A DNA stretch of 64,000 nucleotides, taken from the NCBI GenBank assembly GCA_900541855.1, contig UQLD01000001.1, positions 38,052 to 102,051 of the forward strand, read 5' to 3'. Shown here one piece after another: positions 8,896 to 18,687 of this stretch (its first letter is position 1; the number at the start of each line of letters is the position of its first letter). The translations under genes and the position numbers were made by a program. The notes below the pieces were generated by a model. That model was not told the origin of the DNA. It was given only the letters and a program-made list of their open reading frames with translations, and searched no databases. Source of the stretch: an uncultured Collinsella sp. (GTDB taxonomy: Bacteria > Actinomycetota > Coriobacteriia > Coriobacteriales > Coriobacteriaceae).

Positions 8896-9203
8896 ACGGA
8901 AAGCGCGTCCCATTCTGAGGCATGATTCCGGAACACAGCTTCCGGTTGAGGGGCGATCCGGAAAGCACGACCCGTTCCGAGACCGAATTCCGGGACGCAG
9001 TTTCCGCTTGAGGCTTCAACCGGAAAATGCATCCCAGGCTGAAGCCATATTCCGGGACACACTTTCCATTTGAGGCCTCTACCGGAAAACGAATCCCATT
9101 CTGAGCGTCGAATCCGGGATACAGTTTCCGTTTGAAGCCCGTCCGGAAAGTACGCCCCATTCTGGAGCCGAAATCTGGGACGAATCTTCCGCATGCGGAG
9201 GCG
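8896..9203 (+). repeat. Tandem array B: 5 degenerate 61-62-bp units (8896, 8958, 9020, 9082, 9143), same family as array A
   Basis: Unit boundaries at CCGGAAA. Each unit has an internal GGAAA...TTTCC dyad. 62 is not a multiple of 3, so the array is non-coding and overlapping track ORFs are artefacts. Confidence 0.85.
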
Positions 9204-9245
9204 CTCCAAACAAAAGGCCCCGGCTCGCGATGGAGCTGGGGCCAA
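9199..9245 (-). terminator. Intrinsic terminator of the Mo-hydroxylase operon (minus strand): GGCCCCAGCTCCATCGCGAGCCGGGGCC + TTTTGTTTGG; ~36 bp of it duplicate 7203-7245
   Basis: 11-bp stem hairpin followed by a T-tract when read on the minus strand. GCTCCAAACAAAAGGCCC-GCTCGCGATG-AGCTG is shared with 7203-7245 with 2 indels. Confidence 0.6.
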
Positions 9246-9312
9246 AGGCGCAGCGTATGTAGTTGATGCTGAGCGCGAACGGCCCGTTAGCAATGGCCGT
9301 ACGCGCTCTACC

Positions 9313-12090
9313 CTAGCCGCGGCGACGGGCGCGGCTGTATGGCGTATCCACCATGGGCAGATCCGGACGCAGCTTGCCGTCAAACGCGCGGTAGGCGTTC
9401 TGTACGGCGGGCGCCGTGGGGATCGTTGCGATCTCGCCGATGCCCTTGCCGCCATATGCAACGGGCAGCAGCTCGTCCTTCTCCACGTAAATGGCGTGGA
9501 TATCCGGAATCTCGGGCGCACGGAACAGCCCGAGCGTGCCATACCTTGCCTGGGGCACGCAGTCCTTGAGCGGCCAATCCTCGGTAAGCGCATAGCCCAT
9601 ACCCATAAGCACGCCGCCTTCGATCTGGCCCTGAATGGAGATGGGGTTGACCACCTTGCCGGAATCGTGCGCGGCATAGACCTCGCTCACGCGGCCGTCA
9701 TCGTCCAAAATGACCACGTGCGTGGCAAAGCCGTAGCAGATGTGGCTCTTGGGATTGGGAACGTCGGCGCCCAGCTTGTCGGTCGGCTCCAGGTACACGT
9801 AGCCAAACTCGCATCCCTCGAGCGCCTTGATGGCGGCCGCGGGATCCTGAGGATGCATACCCTGGCCGGCGACGAGCTCCTGCGTGTGCAGCTGATAGGC
9901 GCGACCGTCGTCGTACTCGATCTTGACGCCGTCGCCATGCGCATTCACGGGAGCGGCGGGCGCAGACTTGCCGGCCTCGATGTCAAGCATGGCATCGCGC
10001 AGCAGGAAGGCGGCACCGCGCACGGCCTCGCCGGTCACGACCGTCTGACGCGAGCCAGACGTGGTGCCGGAGTCGGGAGCGTTCTCGGTGGAGCACTCGC
10101 CGTTGGCGATGCAACGAAGCGGCAGACCGCAGGCCTCGGCAACGTCCTGCAAAAAGACGGTGTTACAGCCCTGGCCGATGTCGGACGTGGCGGCGTAGAC
10201 CACGGCGCGGCCATCCTCGATGCGAATCTTGCAGCGGCCGGCATCGGGCAGGCCCACGCCCACGCCGGCGTTCTTCATGGCGCAGGCAATGCCGGCGTGG
10301 CCGGGATGCGCGTAGTAGGCATCCTTGACCTCGAGCAGTGTTTCCTTAAGCGCCGTGGAGCAGTCGGCAATCTGGCCGTTGGGCAGAACCTCACCCGGCT
10401 CGATGGCGTTACGGTAGCGAATCTCCCACGGATCCAGGCCGACCTTCTCGGCCAGCAGGTCGATCAGGCTCTCGAGCGCAAATTCGGACTGGCAAACGCC
10501 AAAGCCTCGGTACGCACCGGCGGGCGGGTTGTTGGTGTAGTAGCCAAAGCCGCGAATGTCGGTATTCTGGTACTTGTAGGGGCCGACGGCATGCGTGCAG
10601 GCGCGCTCGAGCACCGGACCGCACAGCGACGCGTAGGCGCCGGTGTCAAAGTTGATCTCGCAGTCCAGACCGGTAAAGTTGCCCTCGGCGTCGCAACCCA
10701 GCGTAAAGGTGCCGTCCATGGCATGGCGCTTGGGATGGAACGCGAGCGACTCGGCACGCGTGAGCTTGCACTTCACAGGACGCTGGAACTTGTATGCGGC
10801 GAGCGCGGCCAGGTGCTGGATGGACACGTCCTCCTTGCCGCCAAAGCCGCCACCCACGAGCATGGTCTCGACGACCACACGCTCGGGTTCGTTGTCCCAG
10901 CCAAACATGTGGGCGCACTCTTTGCGCGTGTCGTAGGCACCCTGGTCGGTCGACTGCACCTTGACGCCGTTCTTGTACGGGAAGGCGACGGCGCACTCGG
11001 GCTCCAAGAAGGCATGCTCGGTAAAGGGCGTGGTAAAGCGCTGCGTCACGGTAAACGCGCTCTCTGCCAGCGCCTTGGCGGCGTCGCCGCGCGTCACGTG
11101 ACGGCTCTGGCACACGTTGTCCTTGAGCTCCACCGTGTTGCCAAAGGCAAAGAAGCTGTCGTGCAGGCGCGGGGCGTCGGCAGCCCTGGCCTCGGCAATG
11201 TTACGCACGGGCTCCAGCGGCTCGTAATCGATCTTTACGAGCTTCTTGGCCTTCTCGAGCGTCGCCTCGTCCTCGGCAACCACCAGCACGATGGCATCGC
11301 CCACGCAGCGAGTGATATCGCCCTGGGCGATCATGACGTCCCAGTCCTGGATAAGGTGGCCGACCTGGTTGACCGGCACGTCCTCGGCGCGCAGGATGCC
11401 AACCACACCGGGTAGGGCCTCGGCCTTGGAGGTATCGATGGAGAGCACGCGGGCACGCGGATACTTGGAGCGCACGGCGCTGGCGTAGGTCAGGCCCGGC
11501 TGGTCGATCTCGTCGATGTCGTCGGGGTACTTGCCCTCGCCGAGCACCTTCTTGCGCACGTCGATGCGGAAGGCGCGCTTGCCCACGCCGTAGTCGGCGC
11601 CGCGCTCCAGATCCTCGTCGATCTGCTTTTCGCCGCGGAGCACCGCAGCGGCCAGCGCAATGCCCTCGATAATCTTTTTGTAGCCGGTGCAGCGGCAAAC
11701 ATTGCCGCGGATGGCGTACTTGATCTGCTCCTCGGTGGGTTCGGGGTCCTCGGCGATGAGCGCCGCACCCGCCATGACCATGCCGGGGATGCAAAAGCCG
11801 CACTGCACGGCGCCCACGGCGCCAAAGGCGTACACGAAGGCCTCGCGCACGTCCTCGGGCAGGCCCTCGACGGTCACGATGTTGCGGCCGGCGGCAAGCG
11901 CGGTGGTCAGCACGCAGGCCTTGACGGCCGCACCGTCCACGTGGATGGTGCAAGTACCGCATGCGCCCTCGGAGCAGCCGTCCTTGGCGGAATGGATATG
12001 CAGGTCGTCGCGCAGGTAGCGCAGCAGCGGTTTGTTTTGGGTCGTCGTGCGCTCAACGCCGTTAACGGTAAAAGTGAATTCCTGTGCCAT
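9313..12090 (-). CDS. molybdopterin-dependent hydroxylase, fused N-terminal [2Fe-2S] domains + Mo-binding subunit (aldehyde oxidoreductase/xanthine dehydrogenase family; candidate selenium-dependent purine hydroxylase)
   Basis: 925 aa. Both [2Fe-2S] motifs are present (CSEGACGTCT and CGFCIPG). The length is that of a single-chain Mo-hydroxylase. Context is ygfK/ssnA. Confidence 0.85.
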   Translation of the reverse strand: MAQEFTFTVNGVERTTTQNKPLLRYLRDDLHIHSAKDGCSEGACGTCTIHVDGAAVKACVLTTALAAGRNIVTVEGLPEDVREAFVYAFGAVGAVQCGFCIPGMVMAGAALIAEDPEPTEEQIKYAIRGNVCRCTGYKKIIEGIALAAAVLRGEKQIDEDLERGADYGVGKRAFRIDVRKKVLGEGKYPDDIDEIDQPGLTYASAVRSKYPRARVLSIDTSKAEALPGVVGILRAEDVPVNQVGHLIQDWDVMIAQGDITRCVGDAIVLVVAEDEATLEKAKKLVKIDYEPLEPVRNIAEARAADAPRLHDSFFAFGNTVELKDNVCQSRHVTRGDAAKALAESAFTVTQRFTTPFTEHAFLEPECAVAFPYKNGVKVQSTDQGAYDTRKECAHMFGWDNEPERVVVETMLVGGGFGGKEDVSIQHLAALAAYKFQRPVKCKLTRAESLAFHPKRHAMDGTFTLGCDAEGNFTGLDCEINFDTGAYASLCGPVLERACTHAVGPYKYQNTDIRGFGYYTNNPPAGAYRGFGVCQSEFALESLIDLLAEKVGLDPWEIRYRNAIEPGEVLPNGQIADCSTALKETLLEVKDAYYAHPGHAGIACAMKNAGVGVGLPDAGRCKIRIEDGRAVVYAATSDIGQGCNTVFLQDVAEACGLPLRCIANGECSTENAPDSGTTSGSRQTVVTGEAVRGAAFLLRDAMLDIEAGKSAPAAPVNAHGDGVKIEYDDGRAYQLHTQELVAGQGMHPQDPAAAIKALEGCEFGYVYLEPTDKLGADVPNPKSHICYGFATHVVILDDDGRVSEVYAAHDSGKVVNPISIQGQIEGGVLMGMGYALTEDWPLKDCVPQARYGTLGLFRAPEIPDIHAIYVEKDELLPVAYGGKGIGEIATIPTAPAVQNAYRAFDGKLRPDLPMVDTPYSRARRRG

Positions 12091-12102
12091 GGTGATTCCC
12101 TT

Positions 12103-12582
12103 CTACACGCCGGCGGCGATGCCGGTGCGGTCGTGGATAGCGCCATGCGGGCAGACGACGGCGCACATGCCGCACGACAGGCAGTCCGCGCCGTCGATAT
12201 GGGCGCAGTTGTCCTCGATGCGGATAGCGCCGGCGGGGCACTTTTTAGCGCACATGCCGCAACCGATGCAGCTGGTGTCGCAGATCTTGCACGCAATGGC
12301 GCCCTTATCGGTGTTGTTGCAGCGCACCAGGATGTTCTGGTAGCCGGGAACGAAGGCAATCACGCGCTGCGGGCACGCCATGCCGCACAGGCCACAGCCC
12401 GTGCACTTGGAGCGGTCCACACGGGCGACGCCGTCGACCAGCGCGATGGCACCGTGGGGGCAGGCCGTAACGCAGGCGCCACAGCCAATGCAGCCTTCGC
12501 TGCAGCGGGCGTCGCCGCCTGCGGAAGCACAGCCGCTTCCGCAGGCAACGTAGGCCACGTGATGTTGAATGGATTTGGCCAT
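12103..12582 (-). CDS. 4Fe-4S multi-cluster ferredoxin-domain protein
   Basis: Multiple CxxCxxCxxxCP motifs (CIGCGACVTACP, CTGCGLCGMACP, CIGCGMCAKKCP, CLSCGMCAVVCP). Confidence 0.85.
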   Translation of the reverse strand: MAKSIQHHVAYVACGSGCASAGGDARCSEGCIGCGACVTACPHGAIALVDGVARVDRSKCTGCGLCGMACPQRVIAFVPGYQNILVRCNNTDKGAIACKICDTSCIGCGMCAKKCPAGAIRIEDNCAHIDGADCLSCGMCAVVCPHGAIHDRTGIAAGV

Positions 12583-12593
12583 AAGAGACTCGC

Positions 12594-15593
12594 CTATTTC
12601 TTAAGAAGGTACGAATAGTTGTCGCGCACGGCCCTGATGGTCAGGCGGACGGCCTCGGGCAGACCGGTGTTGACGGCATCGACCGAGACGGTGCGGACCG
12701 TGCCGGCGACGCGGACCTTAAAGTGGTCCTCGTCCACGGCCAGGAAGCCCTCGTTCTCGGAGTTCTCCATGTCCTGCTCGCTCCAGAACAGGGTGAGCTT
12801 GTCCTTGTAGGGACGGCCCTCCTGGTAGGGGCAGAACACGGCGCAGTTGCCGCACTCGTTGCACATACCGTCGACGTGGACGACCTGATGCTTGGCCAGG
12901 CCCGGCACCTTAATGGCCACGTTGGCGCGGTTGGGGCACACGTCGCAGCAGACCTCGCACACCGAGCCGCAGCCCAGGCAGCGGGTCTTGGTGCAGTTGC
13001 GCTTGTCGCGGCACAGCGACCCCTTGCGCTCGTAGCAGGTGTCCTCGCGGCCAGCCTGCTCGTTGCAATCGGCGTACTTGTTAAAGTCAACGCCGGCGAT
13101 GGCACGGGCGACCTCGGCGGCGTCGGCGATAGCCTCGACCACGGTGGCAGGACCGCGACGGCAGTCACCTGCAGCCCAGACGCCCTCGACGCCGGTGGAG
13201 GTGGCGGCAAGGCGGCCGCGACGGTCGTGCTCGACGCCCGCGGCATCGTACAGGCTGGCATCGATGCCCTCGCCCACGGCGCAGATCACCGTGGTGGCGG
13301 GAAGCTCAACGGTCTCGCCCGTGGCGACAGGGCTGCGACGGCCGCTTGCATCCGGCTCGCCAAGCTCCATAACATCGCAGGTCAGCACGGCGCCGTTAAG
13401 TGCCTTGGGCGCCAGCAGCTCGCAGAACTCAACGCCATCGGCAAGAGCAAGATCGAGCTCTTCCTCGTCGGCGGGCATCTGCTTCTTGGTGCGGCGATAC
13501 ACCAGGCGCACGTTCTTCACACCAGCCAGGCGCTTGGCCACGCGGGCCGCATCCATGGCGGTGTTGCCGGCGCCAATGACTACGACGTCCTCGCCCAGCT
13601 CGAGCTTCTCGCCCTTCTTGGCGGCCTCGAGGAACTCCAGCACATCGAGCTCGGCACCCTCTCCCAGGCCCGCAGAGCCGGGCATCCAGGCACCGGTGGC
13701 CACGACCACGTCGGTAAAGCCCTGGGCCTTGAGCTCGTCGATGGACTCCACGCGAGCATTGAGCTGCACCTTGGCGCCAAAGGCCAGGCAGAGCTCGGCG
13801 TCGTGGGAGATATCGTCGCTGGCGATACGGAACTCGGGGATCACGTGACGGACCACGCCGCCGAGCGAGTCGCGGGCCTCAAAGATGGTGACGGGCACGC
13901 CGGCGCGCGTCAGGAAGAACGCCGTCGCCAGTCCGGCCGGGCCGCCGCCGATAACGGCAACGTTGTGCTCGCCGTCGTTGGCGATGGCCTGGGCGCGCAG
14001 CTTGGGCAGCACGGCGGTCATGGCCTCGCGGGCGGCCTTGAGCTTGCTGGCGCGAATCTGGGCGCCCTCGGGCTCGTAGAACGCACGCTCGCAGGCACGG
14101 CCGCAGGGATGCGGGCAGATGGTGCCGGTAATGAACGGCAGGGCGTTGCGCTCGATGATGATGTTGAGTGCGTCCTCGTAGCGGCCCTCGTCAACAGCCG
14201 CCAGATAGGCGGGAATATCCTGCTGGATGGGGCAGCTCGTGCGGCACGGCGTGGTAAAGCAGTCGGAAAGCGGGCTCTTGCCGGCGACTTTGCGGTCGGG
14301 CAGCGGGCGCAGCGGCTTCTTGTAGAGCGGGTTGGTGAGCGAGTCGGTCTGGATCGCGGTCACGGCGTCGAGAGAGACGCCCGCGAACGACTTGCCGGCC
14401 AGATCGGCAAACTCGCCGGCCATCTGGCTAAAGCGCTCGTAGCCACCGGGCTTGAGCACGTCGGTCGCCAGGGTGACGGGCCAAATGCCGGCATCATACA
14501 GGGCGCGAATGTTGTAGACCGTGGCGCCACCGGAGTAACTGATGCGCAGCTTACCGTCAAACTGCTCGGTAATGCGGCGGGCAGCCTCGATGGTCAGCGA
14601 GAACAGCGAACGGCCAGACATGTACATCTCGGTGGAAGGCAGCTCGTTTCTCGTCACGTCGACGGGGAAGGTGTTGGTGAGCTTGACGCCAAACTCTAGA
14701 CCGCGCTCGGCGCACAGGGCAATCAGGCGCTCGAACATAGGCACGGCATCGGCCCACTGCAGGTCCTCGCGGAAGTGCGTGTCATCGAAGACGATGTAGT
14801 CAAAGCCCAGCTCGTTCAGACGCTGGCGGGCAAACTCATAGCCCAGCAGCGTGGGGTTGCACTTGATGTAGGTGTTGAGGCCCTTCTCGGTGATCAGATA
14901 GGTCGCGATGCGCTCGATCTCCGCCGGCGGGCAGCCGTGCAGGGTGGACTCGGTGATGGAGTTGGAAACGCGTGCCGGGATGGACTCGACAAACGCGGCG
15001 TCGACATGCTCAAACTTGTCCAGGTTAGCGAGCGCCCAGGTGCGGCACTCGTTCCAAACCTCGGAGCCGCTGGCGTCCTTCATGCCCTCGATGTAGGCGT
15101 CGACCTTGGGGCTCTTGATGCCCTCGAGGTCATAGCCCACGGACATGTTGAAGACAAAGCCGTCCGGGCTTCCCAGGCCGTACTCGCGAGCGATGAGGTG
15201 GCAGGCGAACCATGCCTTCACGTACTCGGCAAAGGCCTGCGGAACCTCGAGCTCGGTCGACCACTCGCAGTTGTAGCACTCGTCCTGTGCCACGATGCAG
15301 GGCTTGTTCACACACTTGGAGAGCTCCTCGCCGTCCATAACCTGAACGGTCTTGAGCTCAAAGAAGCGGGAGCCGGCCACGTAGGATGCCACGATGTTCT
15401 GGGCAAGCTGCGTATTGGGACCGGCGGCCGGGCCAAACGGGGTCTCGATGCGCTCGTCAAAAATGGGAAGCGCGCCCTCCTGGTTGGTCGTGACCATCTT
15501 GCGCACGCCAAAGATGGCGCCCTGAGTCTTGTGCTCCTCGATGATCCAGTTCATCAGCTGCGAAAACGGGATCGGCCTCATGATGTCGCTCAT
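12594..15593 (-). CDS. ygfK: YgfK-like putative selenate/selenium-metabolism oxidoreductase (DPD-like FeS domain + NAD(P)/FAD glutamate-synthase-small-subunit-like domain)
   Basis: MSDIMRPIPFSQLMNWI... matches the E. coli YgfK N-terminus (MGDIMRPIPF). RBS GAGGAG precedes ATG 15593. The track ORF starts 41 codons earlier in an Arg-rich stretch. Confidence 0.85.
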   Translation of the reverse strand: MSDIMRPIPFSQLMNWIIEEHKTQGAIFGVRKMVTTNQEGALPIFDERIETPFGPAAGPNTQLAQNIVASYVAGSRFFELKTVQVMDGEELSKCVNKPCIVAQDECYNCEWSTELEVPQAFAEYVKAWFACHLIAREYGLGSPDGFVFNMSVGYDLEGIKSPKVDAYIEGMKDASGSEVWNECRTWALANLDKFEHVDAAFVESIPARVSNSITESTLHGCPPAEIERIATYLITEKGLNTYIKCNPTLLGYEFARQRLNELGFDYIVFDDTHFREDLQWADAVPMFERLIALCAERGLEFGVKLTNTFPVDVTRNELPSTEMYMSGRSLFSLTIEAARRITEQFDGKLRISYSGGATVYNIRALYDAGIWPVTLATDVLKPGGYERFSQMAGEFADLAGKSFAGVSLDAVTAIQTDSLTNPLYKKPLRPLPDRKVAGKSPLSDCFTTPCRTSCPIQQDIPAYLAAVDEGRYEDALNIIIERNALPFITGTICPHPCGRACERAFYEPEGAQIRASKLKAAREAMTAVLPKLRAQAIANDGEHNVAVIGGGPAGLATAFFLTRAGVPVTIFEARDSLGGVVRHVIPEFRIASDDISHDAELCLAFGAKVQLNARVESIDELKAQGFTDVVVATGAWMPGSAGLGEGAELDVLEFLEAAKKGEKLELGEDVVVIGAGNTAMDAARVAKRLAGVKNVRLVYRRTKKQMPADEEELDLALADGVEFCELLAPKALNGAVLTCDVMELGEPDASGRRSPVATGETVELPATTVICAVGEGIDASLYDAAGVEHDRRGRLAATSTGVEGVWAAGDCRRGPATVVEAIADAAEVARAIAGVDFNKYADCNEQAGREDTCYERKGSLCRDKRNCTKTRCLGCGSVCEVCCDVCPNRANVAIKVPGLAKHQVVHVDGMCNECGNCAVFCPYQEGRPYKDKLTLFWSEQDMENSENEGFLAVDEDHFKVRVAGTVRTVSVDAVNTGLPEAVRLTIRAVRDNYSYLLKK

Positions 15594-15741
15594 AGTGAGC
15601 TCCTCTCTGTAACGCCCGGCGAGACCGCGCGGCGGGCGCAAATACGGTGTAGCGCTAGCACAGCGCCGGCGACCCCGCGGAGGTCGCCTATACGCGCGTC
15701 GGATGCGGCGAAACATCCGGCGCGCGTGAATCTACTTGTAA

Positions 15742-17097
15742 TTAGTAGGCGCGATCGTTGAGCGTGCTCCAGAGCTTCTTGGACTCAGCCATGGTCCACG
15801 CGTTGATCTTTTCCTCATCAATGCCAACGAACTCGCGATCCTTGTACAGGACGCGGCCGTTGATGATGGTGGTGCGGCAGTTTTTGCCCATCATGCCAAA
15901 GAGCATGTGGCCGTCGATGTTCTCCTCGCTCAACGGCGTAAAGGGCTTGTAGTCCATGACGATGACATCGGCGGCAGCGCCGGGCTCGAGCACACCGAGC
16001 TTGCGATCGAAGTACCTGCTGGCCATCTTGGCGTTGTTCTCGAACAGCATGGTCATGGCCTCACACCAGCCCACGTTGGGCATGGCGGCGTTGTGGCGCT
16101 GAATGATCAAGAAGACCTTAAGGCTCTCGAGCATATCGTGAGTGTAGGCGTCGGTGCCCATGCACACGGGGATGCCGCGGCGGAAGAATTCGAGCACGGG
16201 GGCGCAGCCCACGGCGTTGCCCATATTGGATTCGGGGTTGTTGACGAGCCAAGTGCCGGACTCCTTGACGATATCCATCTCGGCAGGCGTCACGTGGATG
16301 CAGTGGCCCAGCATGGTGTCGGGACCCAGCAGGTTGTGCTGCAGCAGGCGCTCGACGGGGTTGATGCCACCGCGGTTGAGGCGGGAGTCCCACACGTCGT
16401 TCATGCCCTCGCACACATGGATGTGGAAGCCGGTCAGGCCGTTGTTGGCCTCGGCCATCTTATCCATGGTCTCGTCCGAAAGCGTAAAGGTAGCATGTCC
16501 GCCAAACATGGCGGCGATCATGTGGTTGTCGTTATCGCGACGCTCCTTGGCGGCCCACTGGGCAAATTCGGCGTTCTCGGCAATGGCCTGGTCGCACTTT
16601 TCCTGGCCGCGGCGATCGGAGACCTCGTAGCACAGGCACGAACGCATGCCCAGCTCCTGAGCTGCATCCTTAATGGTAAAGAGGCTTCCCGGAATCTCGC
16701 AGAAGCTCGCATGGTGATCGAAGATCGTGGTGACGCCATCACGGATGGAGTCCAAAATCGTAGCATAGGCGCTGGCCTTGGTGCCGTCGAGCGTCAGGTT
16801 GTCGTCGATCTTCCACCACTGCTGCTCGAGATTCTCCAAGAAGTTGGTGGGGTTGCAGCCCTTAATGGCAAGGCCGCGGGCCAGACCCGAGTAGATGTGG
16901 GTGTGGCAGTTGATGAGTCCGGGCATGATGAGGTTGCCCTGGGCATCGACGTACTCGGCATCCGGGTACTTGGCCTTGAGCTCGCGCTCGGGGCCCACTT
17001 CGACGATCGTATCTCCGTCAATGGCGACCGCACCGTTTGGAATAAACGGGGTCTGAGCGTTGCGGGTAAAGACGGAACCGTTAGCGACCAGAAGCAT
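15742..17097 (-). CDS. ssnA: SsnA-like amidohydrolase (chlorohydrolase/aminohydrolase family, putative selenium metabolism protein)
   Basis: HxH metal-binding motif (LINCHTHIYSG) and the amidohydrolase fold. RBS GAAGGGAG before the second ATG (17097). Confidence 0.8.
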   Translation of the reverse strand: MLLVANGSVFTRNAQTPFIPNGAVAIDGDTIVEVGPERELKAKYPDAEYVDAQGNLIMPGLINCHTHIYSGLARGLAIKGCNPTNFLENLEQQWWKIDDNLTLDGTKASAYATILDSIRDGVTTIFDHHASFCEIPGSLFTIKDAAQELGMRSCLCYEVSDRRGQEKCDQAIAENAEFAQWAAKERRDNDNHMIAAMFGGHATFTLSDETMDKMAEANNGLTGFHIHVCEGMNDVWDSRLNRGGINPVERLLQHNLLGPDTMLGHCIHVTPAEMDIVKESGTWLVNNPESNMGNAVGCAPVLEFFRRGIPVCMGTDAYTHDMLESLKVFLIIQRHNAAMPNVGWCEAMTMLFENNAKMASRYFDRKLGVLEPGAAADVIVMDYKPFTPLSEENIDGHMLFGMMGKNCRTTIINGRVLYKDREFVGIDEEKINAWTMAESKKLWSTLNDRAY

Positions 17098-17292
17098 GGA
17101 TGCTCCCTTCAACATCAGAGGCGGGGTTTGACACCTCTGACATGGCGGAGTGCGAAGCGCCGGCCTACACCGGAAACGGGCCCTCTCCCGTCAACGCTTC
17201 ACCAAAGGGACAAACCCTTTGAAGTGCGGCTTGGTGCCGCATGGCGTCGGCGGACGAGGCGATGCGTCCGCCGACGAATAGCACCGAATTGG

Positions 17293-18687
17293 TTACTTCT
17301 TGCTCTCGGGCAAGACCAGATCCACGGCAGCGTCCTTGGCAGCATCGATGTGCTGAGCCACGACCGGCGTCTGCGGAAGGATCAGGTTAAGGACAATGGC
17401 CATGATGGCGGTGGGGGTTACGGCATTGGAGCCGATGACGGTGGACACCCAGGCGGGCATACCCTCGCCGGCAAGGCAACCGCTGGCCATCCAGATACCC
17501 AGGCCAAAGACGACGGAGGTGCCGACGATGGTGGTAGTGCGCTGCGTGAGGCCCTCGCGGGTGAACATGCGCACGCCGTTCATGGTGATGGTGCCAAAGA
17601 CGCCGACGGTCGCGCCGCCGATGACGGGCTGCGGGATAGCGGAAAGGACGGCAGAAAGCTGCGGGAACAGACCGGCGATGGCAAAGACGGCCGCAATGAT
17701 CACAAAGACCCACTTGTTGACGACCTTGTTGGAGCAGATGATGCCCACGTTCTGGCCAAGGGCGCTGGTGGGAAGACCGCCCAGCAGACCGCCGACCATA
17801 GAGGTGAGGCCCTGGGACACGATAGCGCCGGAGAGCTCGCGCTCGGTGGGCATACGGTCGATGGAGCCCAGGCAGGCAGCGGAGACGTCACCGATAACCT
17901 GGATGGCAACCATGGGGAACACGACGGCGAGGGTAATGCAGACCTCGGGATCAAACTCGAGCGCGTAGGGCATGAGCTTGGGAAGAGCGAAGACCTGAGC
18001 GGTGGCGACGCTGGAGAAGTCGATCATGCCAAAGGGGATGGAGACGATCATGCCAACGATCATGCCAAAGAACACGGATCCCAGCTTGAGCGTGCCCTTG
18101 CCAAAGTTGGCGAGCGCAAAGACCACGGCGAAGGTGATAAGAGCGACGCACCAGGCCTGCGGGGTGCCCCACAGCGGCGTACCCATACCGCCGGCCATAT
18201 ACTTGACGGCCGTGGGATACAGCGAAACGCCGATGGAGAAGATGACCGTACCGGTCACGACGGGCGGGAACAGCCACTTGATCTTGCTGTAGGCCAGACC
18301 AAAGAGGACCGCGACGGCGCCGCCGACGATCTCGCCACCCAGCAGCGCACCAAAGCTAAAGCCCGAGGCACCCATGGCCTGCAGGGCCGGCAGGAACGCG
18401 AACGAAACGCCCATGACGATGGGCAGGCCGCCGCCGATGCGACGGAAGGGAGCGAAGGCCTGAAGGGCCGTGTCGATCGCCGAAAGAATGAGCGCGACCT
18501 GGATGATGTCGGTACTCTGCTGGCTATTAAAGCCGTAGACGCCGGCCATGATGACCGCCGGGGTAATGATGCCGGCAAACGATGCCAGTACGTGCTGAAG
18601 GGCACACGGGATCATTTCCTTAACGGGAGGCATGCCTTCGCGAGTGAACAGGGCTTCAGTGCCGTTCGTAACCGTCTCCTGGGTCAT
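17293..18687 (-). CDS. NCS2 family nucleobase (xanthine/uracil/uric acid) permease
   Basis: 464 aa, polytopic membrane protein, Gly-rich NCS2-type helices. Confidence 0.8.
   Translation of the reverse strand: MTQETVTNGTEALFTREGMPPVKEMIPCALQHVLASFAGIITPAVIMAGVYGFNSQQSTDIIQVALILSAIDTALQAFAPFRRIGGGLPIVMGVSFAFLPALQAMGASGFSFGALLGGEIVGGAVAVLFGLAYSKIKWLFPPVVTGTVIFSIGVSLYPTAVKYMAGGMGTPLWGTPQAWCVALITFAVVFALANFGKGTLKLGSVFFGMIVGMIVSIPFGMIDFSSVATAQVFALPKLMPYALEFDPEVCITLAVVFPMVAIQVIGDVSAACLGSIDRMPTERELSGAIVSQGLTSMVGGLLGGLPTSALGQNVGIICSNKVVNKWVFVIIAAVFAIAGLFPQLSAVLSAIPQPVIGGATVGVFGTITMNGVRMFTREGLTQRTTTIVGTSVVFGLGIWMASGCLAGEGMPAWVSTVIGSNAVTPTAIMAIVLNLILPQTPVVAQHIDAAKDAAVDLVLPESKK

Noticed and set aside
8831-9160. 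109-aa minus-strand ORF with internally repetitive peptide (YPGFDAQNGIRFP...)
   Set aside because: It is a translation of the 62-bp tandem array. The unit length is not a multiple of 3, so the frame drifts each unit. There is no RBS. The similar ORF 7086-7346 is the same artefact.
7294-9203. 62-bp repeat arrays considered as a CRISPR array
   Set aside because: Units are degenerate rather than identical, and there are no unique spacers: the entire unit repeats. Each unit is an internal dyad. No cas genes are nearby.
12583-12593. Possible selenocysteine (in-frame TGA) recoding in the hydroxylase/YgfK genes
   Set aside because: All SDMH ORFs read through without internal stop codons. No SECIS-like hairpin following an in-frame TGA was seen.
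17098-17292. Purine riboswitch upstream of ssnA in the structured 195-bp spacer
   Set aside because: The minus-strand RNA lacks the conserved purine-aptamer core (no UAUA...UGGG...GUUUCUACC...CCGUAAAU pattern). Only generic hairpins are present (CGGCGGACG-N8-CGTCCGCCG and others).
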